A stretch of DNA of 64,000 nt from assembly GCA_944380545.1 (NCBI GenBank), contig CALWHV010000013.1, positions 18,350-82,349 on the forward strand, read 5' to 3'. Shown here piece by piece: positions 47,676-57,335 of this stretch. This stretch comes from an uncultured Eubacterium sp. Lineage in GTDB: Bacteria > Bacillota > Clostridia > Oscillospirales > Acutalibacteraceae. Each line of letters opens with the position of its first letter. The first letter of the stretch is position 1. Position numbers and translations under genes: made by a program. The notes below the pieces were generated by a model. The model was not told the origin of the DNA, made no database searches, and saw nothing but the letters and a program-made list of their open reading frames with translations.

Positions 47676-48202
47676 AAATATTCAATTAAAGCGCCGCAGC
47701 CGTTCGTCCTTGCCGGGCGTCAGCCCGCCTGCGGTCTCAAAAGCAAAAAACCATCCGCGCCGCCATCATTTTCGGTGCGTGCAGTTTTAAGCGAACTGAT
47801 TTTTGCACGGGCAAGGCACAAAACGCAGTTAATCCTTTCGGATTAACGAGGATTTTAACGCAGCACGCGCGGAAAGCAGTCGCTTAAAACCATATTGTTT
47901 TCGGTTCTCGCTTGCCCCACCAACTGAGCTACGCCTTCAAATATTCAATTAAAGCGCCGCAGCCGCTCGCCCTTGCCGGGCCTCAGCCCGCCTGCGGTCT
48001 CAAAAGCAAAAATCCATCCGCGCCGCCATCATTTTCGGTGCGTGCAGTTTTAAGCGAACTGATTTTTGCGCGTGCAAGGCACAAAACGCAGTTAATCCTT
48101 TCGGATTAACGAGGCTTTTAACGCAGCACGCGCGGAAAGCAGCCGCTTAAAACCATATTGTTTTCGGCTCTCACTTGCCCCACCAACTGAGCTACGCCTT
48201 CA
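47656..48202. repeat. Two tandem 263-bp units bounded by three 21-bp direct repeats of the tRNA-Val 5' end
   Basis: ACCAACTGAGCTACGCCTTCA at 47656, 47919 and 48182 (period 263); the units differ at 10 positions by manual alignment. Confidence 0.95.
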
Positions 48203-48257
48203 TAATATTTTGGTTTGATTGTGAAAAGCATCGCCGCAGGCTTTCACCTGCGGCGAA

Positions 48258-48333
48258 TGGAGCTACTGGTCGGACTCGAACCGACGACCTGCGCATTACG
48301 AATGCGCTGCTCTACCAACTGAGCCACAGTAGC
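48258..48333 (-). tRNA. tRNA-Thr (CGT)
   Basis: GCTACTG..GGCTCAGTTGGTAGAGC, GCGCA-TTCGTAA-TGCGC, GGTTCGAGTCC, encoded CCA; 76 nt. Confidence 0.96.
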
Positions 48334-48368
48334 GCGCCATAACTGCCGCATTGCCGCGGCACTTTGAA

Positions 48369-48397
48369 ATTATACAATAAAAACCGCCGAAGGTCAA
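48369..48397 (-). promoter_or_regulatory. Sigma-A promoter of tRNA-Thr/tRNA-Val locus
   Basis: TTGACC-17 bp-TATAAT with TG extension. Confidence 0.8.
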
Positions 48398-48415
48398 GCA
48401 TTTTCTGCGCTAAAT

Positions 48416-48895
48416 TTACAGAAGCTCGTTTAGCTTTTCAAAAACGAAATCAACGCTTTTCTGCCTGACGGCGTTTCTGCCGATATCGCCGAAGCAGCAG
48501 GTGTAGGTTTTTGTGCAGCCGTTGATGTAAAAGCCGAAGCAAACCATACCCACGGGCTTTTTTGCCGTGCCGCCCGTAGGACCGGCAACGCCGGTTATGC
48601 CGACGCCGACCTCGCTGCCCGCCGCCTGCGCTGCGCCCTGAGCCATACTGCCCGCAACCTGCTGAGAAACAACGCCGTACTCGTTTATAACGGCCTCGCT
48701 TACGCCGAGAAAACGCATTTTAGCTTCATTGGCGTAGGTTACGAAGGAGGCATCAAAAACGCGGGAGGCGTCTGCAACGCTGACGAGAGCCGCGCTGCAA
48801 AGTCCGCCCGTGCAGCTTTCGGCAAACGAGATATGAAGCCCTGCGCGGATGAGCTTTTGCACCGTGCGCTCATAAAGAGATATATCCTTAAACAT
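48416..48895 (-). CDS. CinA C-terminal/PncC family nicotinamide-nucleotide amidohydrolase
   Basis: AESCTGG, VTY.NEAK...LGV, G.VS..VA..MA.G, ITG.AGP.GG..KPVG.V. Confidence 0.92.
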   Translation of the reverse strand: MFKDISLYERTVQKLIRAGLHISFAESCTGGLCSAALVSVADASRVFDASFVTYANEAKMRFLGVSEAVINEYGVVSQQVAGSMAQGAAQAAGSEVGVGITGVAGPTGGTAKKPVGMVCFGFYINGCTKTYTCCFGDIGRNAVRQKSVDFVFEKLNELL

Positions 48896-49550
48896 ATGAA
48901 AGCACCTCGCTGAGGCTTGTTATAACGGGAACATCGCCGCGAAGCTCCTGCCCCTCGAACCAACCCCAATTCATACGAACGGGCTTCATTCCGGCAGAAA
49001 GCGCGCCGCTTATGTCGTTTACGGGGTGATCGCCCACATAGATGCACTCCCCCGTTTTTACGCCGAGCTTATCAGCCGTGTATTGAAATATCTCCGGCTG
49101 CGGCTTTCTGTATTCTATATCGCCTGAGACCACGAGAATATCGAGATAAGGCAGAAGCCCGCTCTCATTCATCTTCGTGTGCTGAAGCACCGAGGGGCCG
49201 TTTGTGATAACGCCCGTGATTATGCCGCGCTCGCGCAGCTTTTTAAGCGTTGGAACGGCATCCGGAAAAACAACATTATAGTAGCCGAAATTCCTGTCAT
49301 AATGCTCCGCAAGCGTTTTTGCATCGGGCGGCGCGGCGCAGCCCCACATATCAAGAAGCTGCGAATACCACTTGACGCGGTCCACATAGCCGCCGTTTCC
49401 GGTGCGCACCATATCGCCGATCCTTTTTTCCTTTTCCTGAGCGGTGATAAGAGGATAATATTCATCCAGCACCGCCGACGCGTAGCGGAGGAAAGCCGCG
49501 GTTCTGTCCTGCAAAGTTTCGTCAAAATCAAACAATACTGCTTTTATCAT
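48888..49550 (-). CDS. HAD-superfamily hydrolase
   Basis: FDFDETL, ITNG, KP...IF, VGD...DI.GA. Confidence 0.92.
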   Translation of the reverse strand: MIKAVLFDFDETLQDRTAAFLRYASAVLDEYYPLITAQEKEKRIGDMVRTGNGGYVDRVKWYSQLLDMWGCAAPPDAKTLAEHYDRNFGYYNVVFPDAVPTLKKLRERGIITGVITNGPSVLQHTKMNESGLLPYLDILVVSGDIEYRKPQPEIFQYTADKLGVKTGECIYVGDHPVNDISGALSAGMKPVRMNWGWFEGQELRGDVPVITSLSEVLSYV

Positions 49551-50352
49551 GATTGAGCTGAGCCTTCAATTCCTCAAGATTTTTAAACAGCTTTTCGGGG
49601 CGCAGATAATTCACGAGCTCAACCGTTACCTTTTTGCCGTAAAGATCGCCGCTGTAATCAAAGATATGCGTTTCGCAAATCGGCTCCTCAACGCGCCAGG
49701 TGGGGCGGTTGCCGATATTGGTGAAAGCCTTATACGACCTGCCGCCGAGCAGCACGCGGCTTTCATACACGCCGAAGCGCGGAACGATAAGCTTTTTAGG
49801 CAGGTGCTGATTGAGCGTTGGAAATCCGATGGTTCTGCCGCGCCGATCGCCGTGGATGACGGGCGCCTCAAAGGTGAAATTATATCCGAGCATCTCGTTT
49901 GCGGCGTTTATTCTGCCCTCGCTGACGGCGCGCCTTATGCGCGTTGAGCTTATGGGCTTGCCTTCAAAATCCTGCGCCTCAAGAATCCTTACCCAAATAC
50001 CGCGCGGCTCAAGATACTCGCGCATATCAAGGGCGGACCAGGAGGCGTTTTTACCGAAGCGGAAATTAAAGCCGCACAGGATGATGCCCGCGCCGAATTC
50101 CTTTAAAAGGATATTTTCTATAAATTCTTCGCCGGAAAGGTTCTTGATTCTGTCAAAATCAGCGAAGACGCAATTCGGCCAGCGCCGCTTGAAAAGGCTT
50201 TTCTGAAGCAGCGAAAACCTGTTGTGAACGCAGTATATAAGCACATTTGACGCGCCGGTAACAACCGTTTTATGCGCAAGGTGCATACCGTCAAAATCAC
50301 CTATGGCAACGGCGCGGTCGGTTTTTAATTTATCATAATCAGTCATAATCAT
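49528..50352 (-). CDS. ribF: Riboflavin kinase/FAD synthetase family (shortened N-domain)
   Basis: GDFDGMH, GFNFRFG, ISST.IR, G.V.HG..RGR.IGFPT.N, GVY, ETHIFD. Confidence 0.85.
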   Translation of the reverse strand: MIMTDYDKLKTDRAVAIGDFDGMHLAHKTVVTGASNVLIYCVHNRFSLLQKSLFKRRWPNCVFADFDRIKNLSGEEFIENILLKEFGAGIILCGFNFRFGKNASWSALDMREYLEPRGIWVRILEAQDFEGKPISSTRIRRAVSEGRINAANEMLGYNFTFEAPVIHGDRRGRTIGFPTLNQHLPKKLIVPRFGVYESRVLLGGRSYKAFTNIGNRPTWRVEEPICETHIFDYSGDLYGKKVTVELVNYLRPEKLFKNLEELKAQLNHDKSSIV

Positions 50353-51236
50353 TCCACAAAAACACGCTTCACGGCAAGCTCGTCACCGCGAACCTCGCCG
50401 AGGCCGAGGAAATCCCCGTTCGGAGAAAAAACGCGCAGTATGCCGCTTTTCGGCAGGGAGCGCACACGCTCTGTGCTGAGCGCGCCGCCGTTTTTGAACC
50501 GAACACTCTGTGCGGCGGTAACGGTTACGCTTTTATATGCCGAAAGCGCCCTGCTGAGCGGGATAACGAGCTTTTCGACGCCGCCGCTTTCGGCAGCCGC
50601 GCCGAGCTCCTCGAGCGTGAAGCAGTCATCAAGCGAAAAGCCGCAGGCATAGGTGCGCCTCAGCGAGGTCATCACCGCGCCGCAGCCGAGCGCTTTTCCC
50701 AAATCGTCCGTAAGCGTGCGGATATAGGTGCCCTTTGAGCAGAGCACATCTATTTGATATTCGTTATTTTTTTCATCCGCGTCGGTAAGAAGCAGCTTTT
50801 TTATTTCGACGCATCGCACGGGGCGCTCAGCCTCCTCGCCGCGGCGCGCAAGCTCATAGAGCCTTTTGCCGCCGACCGAAACAGCCGAATACATAGGCGC
50901 CTGCTGTGTGACGGAGCCACGAAACGCGCCGAGCGCGTCCTCTACCTCCTTTGCGGAGACATCGACCCTGCTCTGCGATGTTACGGCGCCGGTTATATCG
51001 AGCGTATCGGTAGTCAGGCCGAGGCGAAAGCGCGCGGTATAGCCCTTGTCCGTTTCGGGGAAATATTCCAAAAAGCGCGTTGCGCCGCCGAGCATAACGG
51101 GAAGAACGCCGGTGGCAAGCGGATCGAGCGTGCCCATATGACCGCAGCGCTTAACGCCGGCGAGTCTTTTGACCGCCGCGCAGGCGGAAAACGAGGTTAT
51201 GCCCTGAGGCTTGTCAAGACAGATGATACCGTTCAT
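50349..51236 (-). CDS. truB: tRNA pseudouridine(55) synthase
   Basis: DKP.G.TS, GH.GTLDP.ATGVL, PMYSA, CSKGTYIR.L. Confidence 0.97.
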   Translation of the reverse strand: MNGIICLDKPQGITSFSACAAVKRLAGVKRCGHMGTLDPLATGVLPVMLGGATRFLEYFPETDKGYTARFRLGLTTDTLDITGAVTSQSRVDVSAKEVEDALGAFRGSVTQQAPMYSAVSVGGKRLYELARRGEEAERPVRCVEIKKLLLTDADEKNNEYQIDVLCSKGTYIRTLTDDLGKALGCGAVMTSLRRTYACGFSLDDCFTLEELGAAAESGGVEKLVIPLSRALSAYKSVTVTAAQSVRFKNGGALSTERVRSLPKSGILRVFSPNGDFLGLGEVRGDELAVKRVFVE

Positions 51237-52177
51237 TCAAGAAACTCCGCGCATTTTGCGACTATAAGCTTTTTTGCCTCCTCAACGGAGCAGTCGAACC
51301 GGCAGGCAGCCGCCTGGGCGTGACCGCCGCCGCCGAAGCATTTGGCAAGCGCGGCCGCGTTTACGCTTTCATATGTTCTGAGCGACGCCTTGCAGGTCTT
51401 ATCCTTCTTTTCACGGATGGTTATGCCTATCTCCACGCCCTCTATCTGGCGGGTGAGCGGCGCGAGCGCCTCCGTTTCCTGCTCGTTGGAGCCGGTTTTA
51501 TCATACATCTCCTGCGTTACGGTGAGCACCGCCACCCTGTCGCCGCAGAAGAGCTGAAGCCCGTTTAGCGCCATTCTTTCAAGATAGACATACGATTTTG
51601 ACTTGGTTTCAAACATAAGGCGGTTTATGACGCCGTTGTCTGCGCCGAGGTCTATAAGCTGAGCCGCAAGGCGGTAAGAATGAGCGGTGGTGGAGGAATA
51701 CCTGAAGCAGCCCGTATCGGTTGAGATGCCGGTGTAAAGACAGCCGGCTATCTTTTTATCTATGCTTACGCCGAGCGCTTTTATAACATCAAACACTATC
51801 TCGCACGCGGCGGGAGCGTCGCGCAGCAGCAGCTTATCGGCATATTCGGCGTTGGTCATATGGTGATCTATGCACAGGTCTATCCTGCCGGAATACTTTT
51901 GATTGAGCGAGCCGAGCAGATTTTCCGTTGCAACATCCACGGCAACAACATATTTTTCCTCAAATTCCCGCGGCTCTATATCATCGTAAAGATACGAATA
52001 CTTTGCGGGGATGGGATCGTCGTTTACCACGCGCGCTCTTTTGCCGAGAGCGAGCAGCGCGCGCAGCAGCGCAAAGCCGGCGCCGAGAGTATCGCCGTCG
52101 GGATGGGCGTGCGTGAGTATCAGGATATCATCGTGCGCCGAAAGAAGCGCAGCGCACTGTTCAACATCAATTCTCAT
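51233..52177 (-). CDS. nrnA: DHH family oligoribonuclease/pAp phosphatase
   Basis: H..PDGD..G, IDHH, TDTGCF, GGGH..AA. Confidence 0.9.
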   Translation of the reverse strand: MRIDVEQCAALLSAHDDILILTHAHPDGDTLGAGFALLRALLALGKRARVVNDDPIPAKYSYLYDDIEPREFEEKYVVAVDVATENLLGSLNQKYSGRIDLCIDHHMTNAEYADKLLLRDAPAACEIVFDVIKALGVSIDKKIAGCLYTGISTDTGCFRYSSTTAHSYRLAAQLIDLGADNGVINRLMFETKSKSYVYLERMALNGLQLFCGDRVAVLTVTQEMYDKTGSNEQETEALAPLTRQIEGVEIGITIREKKDKTCKASLRTYESVNAAALAKCFGGGGHAQAAACRFDCSVEEAKKLIVAKCAEFLE

Positions 52178-52517
52178 CTGTTCTTTCCTTTAATTTTTCA
52201 AACATCTCCATACTTTTCTGCACGGAATCATCCGCTGCGAACGAAAGCTCCGGCGCTTTTCTGAGATGAAGATTGTTTGAGAGTTCGCGGCGCAGGAAGC
52301 CGGCGGCGCTGCGCAGGCCCGCGCAAGCCTCCTCGGCATCCTCTATTCCGCTCATAGAGCTGACATACGCCTTGGCGTAGCTCAGGTCAGACGACACCTT
52401 TACATTAACGACGGTGAGCATCTTTCCCGCAACGCGCGGATCCTTGAGCCCGCCTATCAGCGAGATGAGCTCGCGGCGTATATCCTCCGACAATCTGTCT
52501 GTTCGATAACCTGCCAT
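52167..52517 (-). CDS. rbfA: Ribosome-binding factor A
   Basis: R..R.SE.I.RE, KDPR, DL.YAK.Y, LR..PEL.F..D. Confidence 0.95.
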   Translation of the reverse strand: MAGYRTDRLSEDIRRELISLIGGLKDPRVAGKMLTVVNVKVSSDLSYAKAYVSSMSGIEDAEEACAGLRSAAGFLRRELSNNLHLRKAPELSFAADDSVQKSMEMFEKLKERTDEN

Positions 52518-52518
52518 A

Positions 52519-54924
52519 TCAATCCCTGTATTCTTCAACTATATAGCACTCAAGAACATCGCCCGGCTTAAGGTCGTTCCAGTTTTCGAGCGAGATGCCG
52601 CATTCATAGCCGGAGGAGACCTCCTTGACATCATCCTTGAAGCGCTTAAGATTTTTAATCGGCGTATCGGCAAGCTGTTCGCCGTTTCTGATAACGCGCA
52701 CCTTGCCGTTTCTCTTGATATTGCCGCTTGTAACTATTGAACCGGCGATCGTGCCGACTGTGGACACGGTGTAGATCTCCCTTACCTCTGCCGCGCCGGT
52801 GTCAACATCGCGGTACTTAACGCTGCGCATACCGCGCATAGCCGCCTCTACATCCGCGATAAGGTCGTAAATGATATTATACTGCTTTACCTCAACGCCG
52901 TCTCTTGCGGCGTTATCGGCTGCAACCTGCTCAACGCCCGTGGCAAACGCAACTATAATGGCGTTTGACGCGTGGGCAAGCATAACATCGGAATCGTTTA
53001 CCGCGCCGACTGCACCGTGGATTATCCTTACGCGCACCTCGTCGTTTTCAATCTTGAGGAGCGACTGCTTTACAGCCTCTACCGAGCCCTGAACATCCGC
53101 CTTGATGATGATGTTGAGCTCCTTGAGCATACCCTCCTCCAGCGTGGAGAACAGGGTGTCAAGCGTAACCTTCTGGAAGCGGTTGAACTCCTCTTCCTTT
53201 GCTTTTTCCTTTCTCTGCTCAACAAGCTGCCTTGCAAGCTTTTCGTCGGAAACGGCGTTAAACTCGTCTCCGCTCATCGGGGCTTCGTCAAGTCCCATTA
53301 TCTCTACGGGCACGGACGGGCCTGCCTCCGTGAGCTTTTTGCCGTTATAATCAACCATTGCGCGCACTCTGCCCACTGCGGTGCCGGCAACTACATAATC
53401 GCCCGAATGAAGCGTGCCGTTTTGAACAAGGAAGGTGGCAATGGGGCCTCTGCCCTTATCGAGCTTGGCCTCGATAACGACGCCCTTTGCGGCCCTTGCG
53501 GGATTCGCCTTGAGCTCGCCCATCTCTGCAACAAGAAGTATCGTTTCAAGCAGCTTATCAATGCCCATACCGGTTTTTGCGGAAACGGGCACGCATATAA
53601 CATCGCCGCCCCACTCCTCGGGCACGAGCTCCTGCTCAGTGAGCTGCTCCATAACTCTTTCGGGGTTGGCGCCCTCTTTATCCATTTTATTTATAGCAAC
53701 TATTATCTGTATGCCGGCTGCCTTGGCGTGGTTGATAGCCTCTATGGTCTGCGGCATAATGCCGTCGTCCGCGGCAACAACAAGCACCGCTATATCGGTT
53801 GCCATAGCGCCGCGCGCGCGCATTGCGGTGAACGCCTCGTGGCCGGGGGTGTCAAGGAAGGTTATCTTCCTGCCGGACGCCTCAACCTGGTAAGCGCCTA
53901 TCGCCTGCGTGATGCCGCCCGCCTCCGTTGAGGTTACATCGGTGTGTCGGATAGCGTCAAGAATGGAGGTCTTGCCGTGGTCTACATGGCCCATTACGCA
54001 AACTACGGGCGGACGCTCAACGGCGTTCTCATCGTCCTCAACATCCTCTTCTATTATCTGCTCTTCGATGGAGATCTCTATCTTTTTCTCAACCTTTGCG
54101 CCGAGCTCCGTGGCGACGATGGCTGCGGTATCGTAATCTATGACCTCGTTGAGAGACGCCATAACGCCGAGCGCCATAAGCTTTTTGATGACCTCGTTCG
54201 CCGTCATCCTGAGCATTGCGGCAAGCTCCGAAACAGTAATCTCCTCGGGTATCTGAACCTTGATCTGCTGCTTTTTGCGCTGCTCCCTGATGCGGGCAAG
54301 GCGCTGCTGCTCCGTTTCCCTCTTTGAATGGGCGTGCATACCCTGGGGCTTTTTCTTTCTGTACTGCTTTGATTTTTGGTTGAGCTTCTGCTTTTTCTGA
54401 TAATCGCCCATAGAGGACGCCGGTGCGATCTCCTCGTATTTCTGATTATATTTTTCAAGATCGACCGTATTTACGCGGGTATCGACCCTGCGCGTCTCGC
54501 CCTTTGTTCTTGCCTGTGGCGGCTGCTGCGCCTTTTTCTTTGCCTTTTCCTCCGCGCGCTTTGCCGCCTGCTGCGCCATCTGAAGTATAGCCGCCTGGCT
54601 CTGGCGCTTTTTATCCTTGGCGGTCACCGCCTTTTGGGGCTGCGCCGCCGGCTGCTTTGCCTTTTCCTGCTTGGGCTGCTCGGCAGGCTTCTTTTCAGCC
54701 TTTGCCTTGCGCTTTTCCTCGCCCGCCTTGAAATACTCGTCAAGGCTTTTAACGCTGTGCTTTTGCGTTAAATGGTCAAACAGGATATTGAGTTCGTTTT
54801 CTTCGAGGACTGTTGACGGTTTCTTGGCGGGTCCTCCGCAGAGCCTTGTGAGGGTATCGGCGATAACCTTGTTGGAAATCCCGAAATCGGCTGCAACATC
54901 GGACACCTTTACTTTTATTACCAT
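52519..54924 (-). CDS. infB: Translation initiation factor IF-2
   Basis: [43 protein letters not shown]. Confidence 0.98.
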   Translation of the reverse strand: MVIKVKVSDVAADFGISNKVIADTLTRLCGGPAKKPSTVLEENELNILFDHLTQKHSVKSLDEYFKAGEEKRKAKAEKKPAEQPKQEKAKQPAAQPQKAVTAKDKKRQSQAAILQMAQQAAKRAEEKAKKKAQQPPQARTKGETRRVDTRVNTVDLEKYNQKYEEIAPASSMGDYQKKQKLNQKSKQYRKKKPQGMHAHSKRETEQQRLARIREQRKKQQIKVQIPEEITVSELAAMLRMTANEVIKKLMALGVMASLNEVIDYDTAAIVATELGAKVEKKIEISIEEQIIEEDVEDDENAVERPPVVCVMGHVDHGKTSILDAIRHTDVTSTEAGGITQAIGAYQVEASGRKITFLDTPGHEAFTAMRARGAMATDIAVLVVAADDGIMPQTIEAINHAKAAGIQIIVAINKMDKEGANPERVMEQLTEQELVPEEWGGDVICVPVSAKTGMGIDKLLETILLVAEMGELKANPARAAKGVVIEAKLDKGRGPIATFLVQNGTLHSGDYVVAGTAVGRVRAMVDYNGKKLTEAGPSVPVEIMGLDEAPMSGDEFNAVSDEKLARQLVEQRKEKAKEEEFNRFQKVTLDTLFSTLEEGMLKELNIIIKADVQGSVEAVKQSLLKIENDEVRVRIIHGAVGAVNDSDVMLAHASNAIIVAFATGVEQVAADNAARDGVEVKQYNIIYDLIADVEAAMRGMRSVKYRDVDTGAAEVREIYTVSTVGTIAGSIVTSGNIKRNGKVRVIRNGEQLADTPIKNLKRFKDDVKEVSSGYECGISLENWNDLKPGDVLECYIVEEYRD

Positions 54925-54986
54925 ATATCGTTTTCCTCCTTGAGTGGGTTAATTTTCTTCTGGCTGCCGCCCGAGCCGCCGCGGGC

Positions 54987-55298
54987 TCAGGACTGTATCA
55001 GCGAAAGCAGACCCGTTGCCATATCCTGATTCTGCACGGCAAGTATGCCGGCGCGTATCCCGCACGAGGCTTCAAGCTGCGCCATAGTGACGGGTATCTC
55101 CTCCACCGGCGGCTTCGGCTCGTGCCTGCCTGCAACGATGCGCATATCGCGCTTTGCCCTTTCAGACAGATCGCAGCAGAGCACTATGAGCCGCGCCCTG
55201 CCGGAGCAAACGGCGTTTACCGCCGCGTCGTGCCCCGCCGCAAGAGCGCCCGCGCGCCTTGCCATACCGAGCAGGGACAGAATCTTATTCGTTTGCAT
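54987..55298 (-). CDS. L7Ae/L30e family RNA-binding protein (YlxQ-like)
   Basis: LSLLG.ARRAG.L..G; position between rnpM and infB. Confidence 0.85.
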   Translation of the reverse strand: MQTNKILSLLGMARRAGALAAGHDAAVNAVCSGRARLIVLCCDLSERAKRDMRIVAGRHEPKPPVEEIPVTMAQLEASCGIRAGILAVQNQDMATGLLSLIQS

Positions 55299-55557
55299 CC
55301 GCTATTTCCTTTTCCATACGGTCGTAGACCTCCGAATCAATCCTGACGGAGAGCGCCCTTTCGAGCGACCGCTTTTTTCTTGCTTTATTAAGACATTCGG
55401 GGCTTTTGCAGATATATGCGCCGCGACCGTTCTTTTTGCCCGTGAGATCAACCGAGACCTCGCCCTCGGGGCTTTTTACGACCCTTATCAGCTCTCTTTT
55501 ATCAAACATCTGCATACAGCCGACGCATCTTCTTTTAACTTCCTTTTTAGCCTTCAT
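55285..55557 (-). CDS. rnpM: RNase P modulator RnpM (YlxR)
   Basis: R.CVGC...K.ELIRVV, GRGAYIC..C; start ATG 55557. Confidence 0.92.
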   Translation of the reverse strand: MKAKKEVKRRCVGCMQMFDKRELIRVVKSPEGEVSVDLTGKKNGRGAYICKSPECLNKARKKRSLERALSVRIDSEVYDRMEKEIADANE

Positions 55558-56617
55558 CGCTGTCACCGGAGCCTTCGTAGAAGCCGGATTCCGGCCTTAT
55601 ATCTATCTTCCAGCCGGTGAGCTTTGCGGCAAGGCGCACATTCTGCCCCTTATTGCCGATCGCAAGGCTGAGCTGATCGTCCGGAACGGTGGCGCGGCAG
55701 GACTTGACCTGCTCGTCAAGTATCTCGACGGAGCAGACATCCGACGGCGCAAGCGAGGCGGAGATGAACTCTGTTGGATCCTCGCTGTATTTTACTATAT
55801 CGATCTTTTCGCCGCCGAGCGCGTCTACGATAGTGGACACGCGCTGACCCTTGGGGCCTATGCAGGCGCCGACGGGATCAACATCCTCTTCGCGGCTGTA
55901 CACGGCGATCTTTGTTCTGGAGCCCGCCTCTCTTGAAACGGATTTGATCTCTATGGTGCCGTCGTAGATCTCCGGAACCTCGGTTTCAAACAGCCTTCTT
56001 ACAAGGCCGGGGTGAGTGCGGGAAATCATAATCTTCGGGCCGCGGCCGGAATCGCGCACATCCACAACATAGATCTTTATGCTCTGCCCCTCGCGCAGCA
56101 CCTCGCCGGGTATCTGCTCGTTTTTGGGAAGCAGGGCGATGCTGTCGCCCACCTCAAGCGTGGCTGCGCCGGTTTCGGGGTCTATGCGGTTTACCTTGGC
56201 GTTCAAAAGCTCCTGATTCTTGCTCTGGAACTCGGCAAGCATCTGGCTTCTTTCCGCCTCCTTGATGCCCTGGCGGATTATGTGCTTGGCGTTTTGCGCG
56301 ATTATTCTGCCGAACTGCTTTGTTTTGAGCGGGATATCGATGGTTTTGCCCACCTTTGCCGATTTGCGCAGCTGCTGCGCGTCCTCAAGCAGGATATCTG
56401 TATCGGGATCTTCAATTTCATCAACAACATTTTTTGTTACGAAGACCTTTATCTTTTCCTTTTCGGGATCGATCTGGCAATGAACGATCTCCTTGCCGCC
56501 GTAATCGTGGCGCGCCGCCACCTCTATGCCGGAGGCTATCTTTTCATAAAGCACATCCTCGGGTATCTTCTTTTCGCTGACTATGAGGCGTACCGCCTCA
56601 AAAAATTCCTTGCTCAT
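55547..56617 (-). CDS. nusA: Transcription factor NusA
   Basis: FGRI.AQ.AK, SRT.P.LV..LF..EVPEI, REAG.RTK, VGACIG..G.RV, AIG..GQNVRLA. Confidence 0.98.
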   Translation of the reverse strand: MSKEFFEAVRLIVSEKKIPEDVLYEKIASGIEVAARHDYGGKEIVHCQIDPEKEKIKVFVTKNVVDEIEDPDTDILLEDAQQLRKSAKVGKTIDIPLKTKQFGRIIAQNAKHIIRQGIKEAERSQMLAEFQSKNQELLNAKVNRIDPETGAATLEVGDSIALLPKNEQIPGEVLREGQSIKIYVVDVRDSGRGPKIMISRTHPGLVRRLFETEVPEIYDGTIEIKSVSREAGSRTKIAVYSREEDVDPVGACIGPKGQRVSTIVDALGGEKIDIVKYSEDPTEFISASLAPSDVCSVEILDEQVKSCRATVPDDQLSLAIGNKGQNVRLAAKLTGWKIDIRPESGFYEGSGDSDEG

Positions 56618-56642
56618 CTTTTCCTATCAACCTTTCTTTAAA

Positions 56643-57131
56643 TCAATCGTTGTTTGCTTCTAATTCGGATATATCGAAATCGTCAAGCTTTACGAATGAC
56701 GCTTCTTTTTTCTGAACCTGCATAAGCTCGCCGGAATCGGTCTTAAGACTGATAACGCCCGAATCGTACGCGGCAAGCTCGCCCGCAAAATCGCGAACGC
56801 CGTTTACAGGCCTTATCGTGCGCAGCATAACGCGGCTGCCGACATACTTTTCAAAATGGCTGTCAGCTTTCAGCTCGCGCTCTATTCCGGGCGAGGAGAC
56901 CTCAAGCATATACGACTGCGCGATCGGGTCCGCCTCGTCGAGCGGCTTGGTGATAAGGCGGGTCATATCTACGCAGTCGTCCACGCTGACGCCGCCGTCC
57001 TTATCTATAAATATGCGCAGATACCACTGCGAGCCTTCCTTTTTATAGATGACATCCCAAAGCTCAAGACCGAGCTGCCGTGCGAAGGGCTCAACGATAT
57101 CGCGCACCCTTTGCGCTATATTCTGTGCCAA
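56643..57131 (-). CDS. rimP: Ribosome maturation factor RimP
   Basis: LRIFIDK.GG...DDC, D..DPI..Y.LEVSSPG..R. Confidence 0.96.
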   Translation of the reverse strand: MAQNIAQRVRDIVEPFARQLGLELWDVIYKKEGSQWYLRIFIDKDGGVSVDDCVDMTRLITKPLDEADPIAQSYMLEVSSPGIERELKADSHFEKYVGSRVMLRTIRPVNGVRDFAGELAAYDSGVISLKTDSGELMQVQKKEASFVKLDDFDISELEANND

Positions 57132-57247
57132 GCTATCCCTCTTTTCCGAGCGCTTTTAAGCGTTATTGCACGCACGCGGCGCCGAGCCGCGGCTGAGCTG
57201 CATACCGCTTTGGGCGGCTTTACGCTTAAATGCGCCTACAATAATAT

Positions 57248-57271
57248 GAGAGCGGCATTTCTGCCACTCTC
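57248..57271 (-). promoter_or_regulatory. rimP leader hairpin
   Basis: GAGAGTGGC-AGAAAT-GCCGCTCTC between promoter and rimP, resembling the conserved rimP/ylxS leader stem-loop. Confidence 0.6.
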
Positions 57272-57298
57272 ACCTTTCGTTTATATTCTTACGCTAAT

Positions 57299-57327
57299 AC
57301 TATAATATAGTAAATTAAAAAAGTCAA
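57299..57327 (-). promoter_or_regulatory. Sigma-A promoter of rimP-nusA-infB operon
   Basis: TTGACT-17 bp-TATAGT. Confidence 0.75.
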
Positions 57328-57335
57328 GCATTATT

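Noticed and set aside
47677-47918. Classical MITE or tRNA intron interpretation of the 263-bp unit; also the 82-aa and 65-aa ORFs across it
   Set aside because: There are no terminal inverted repeats; the tRNA 5' exon is duplicated rather than split; the ORFs lack an RBS and one starts inside the antisense tRNA.
47656-48202. CRISPR array interpretation of the three 21-bp repeats
   Set aside because: The spacers are 242 bp and nearly identical, the repeat is a tRNA 5' end, and no cas genes are present.
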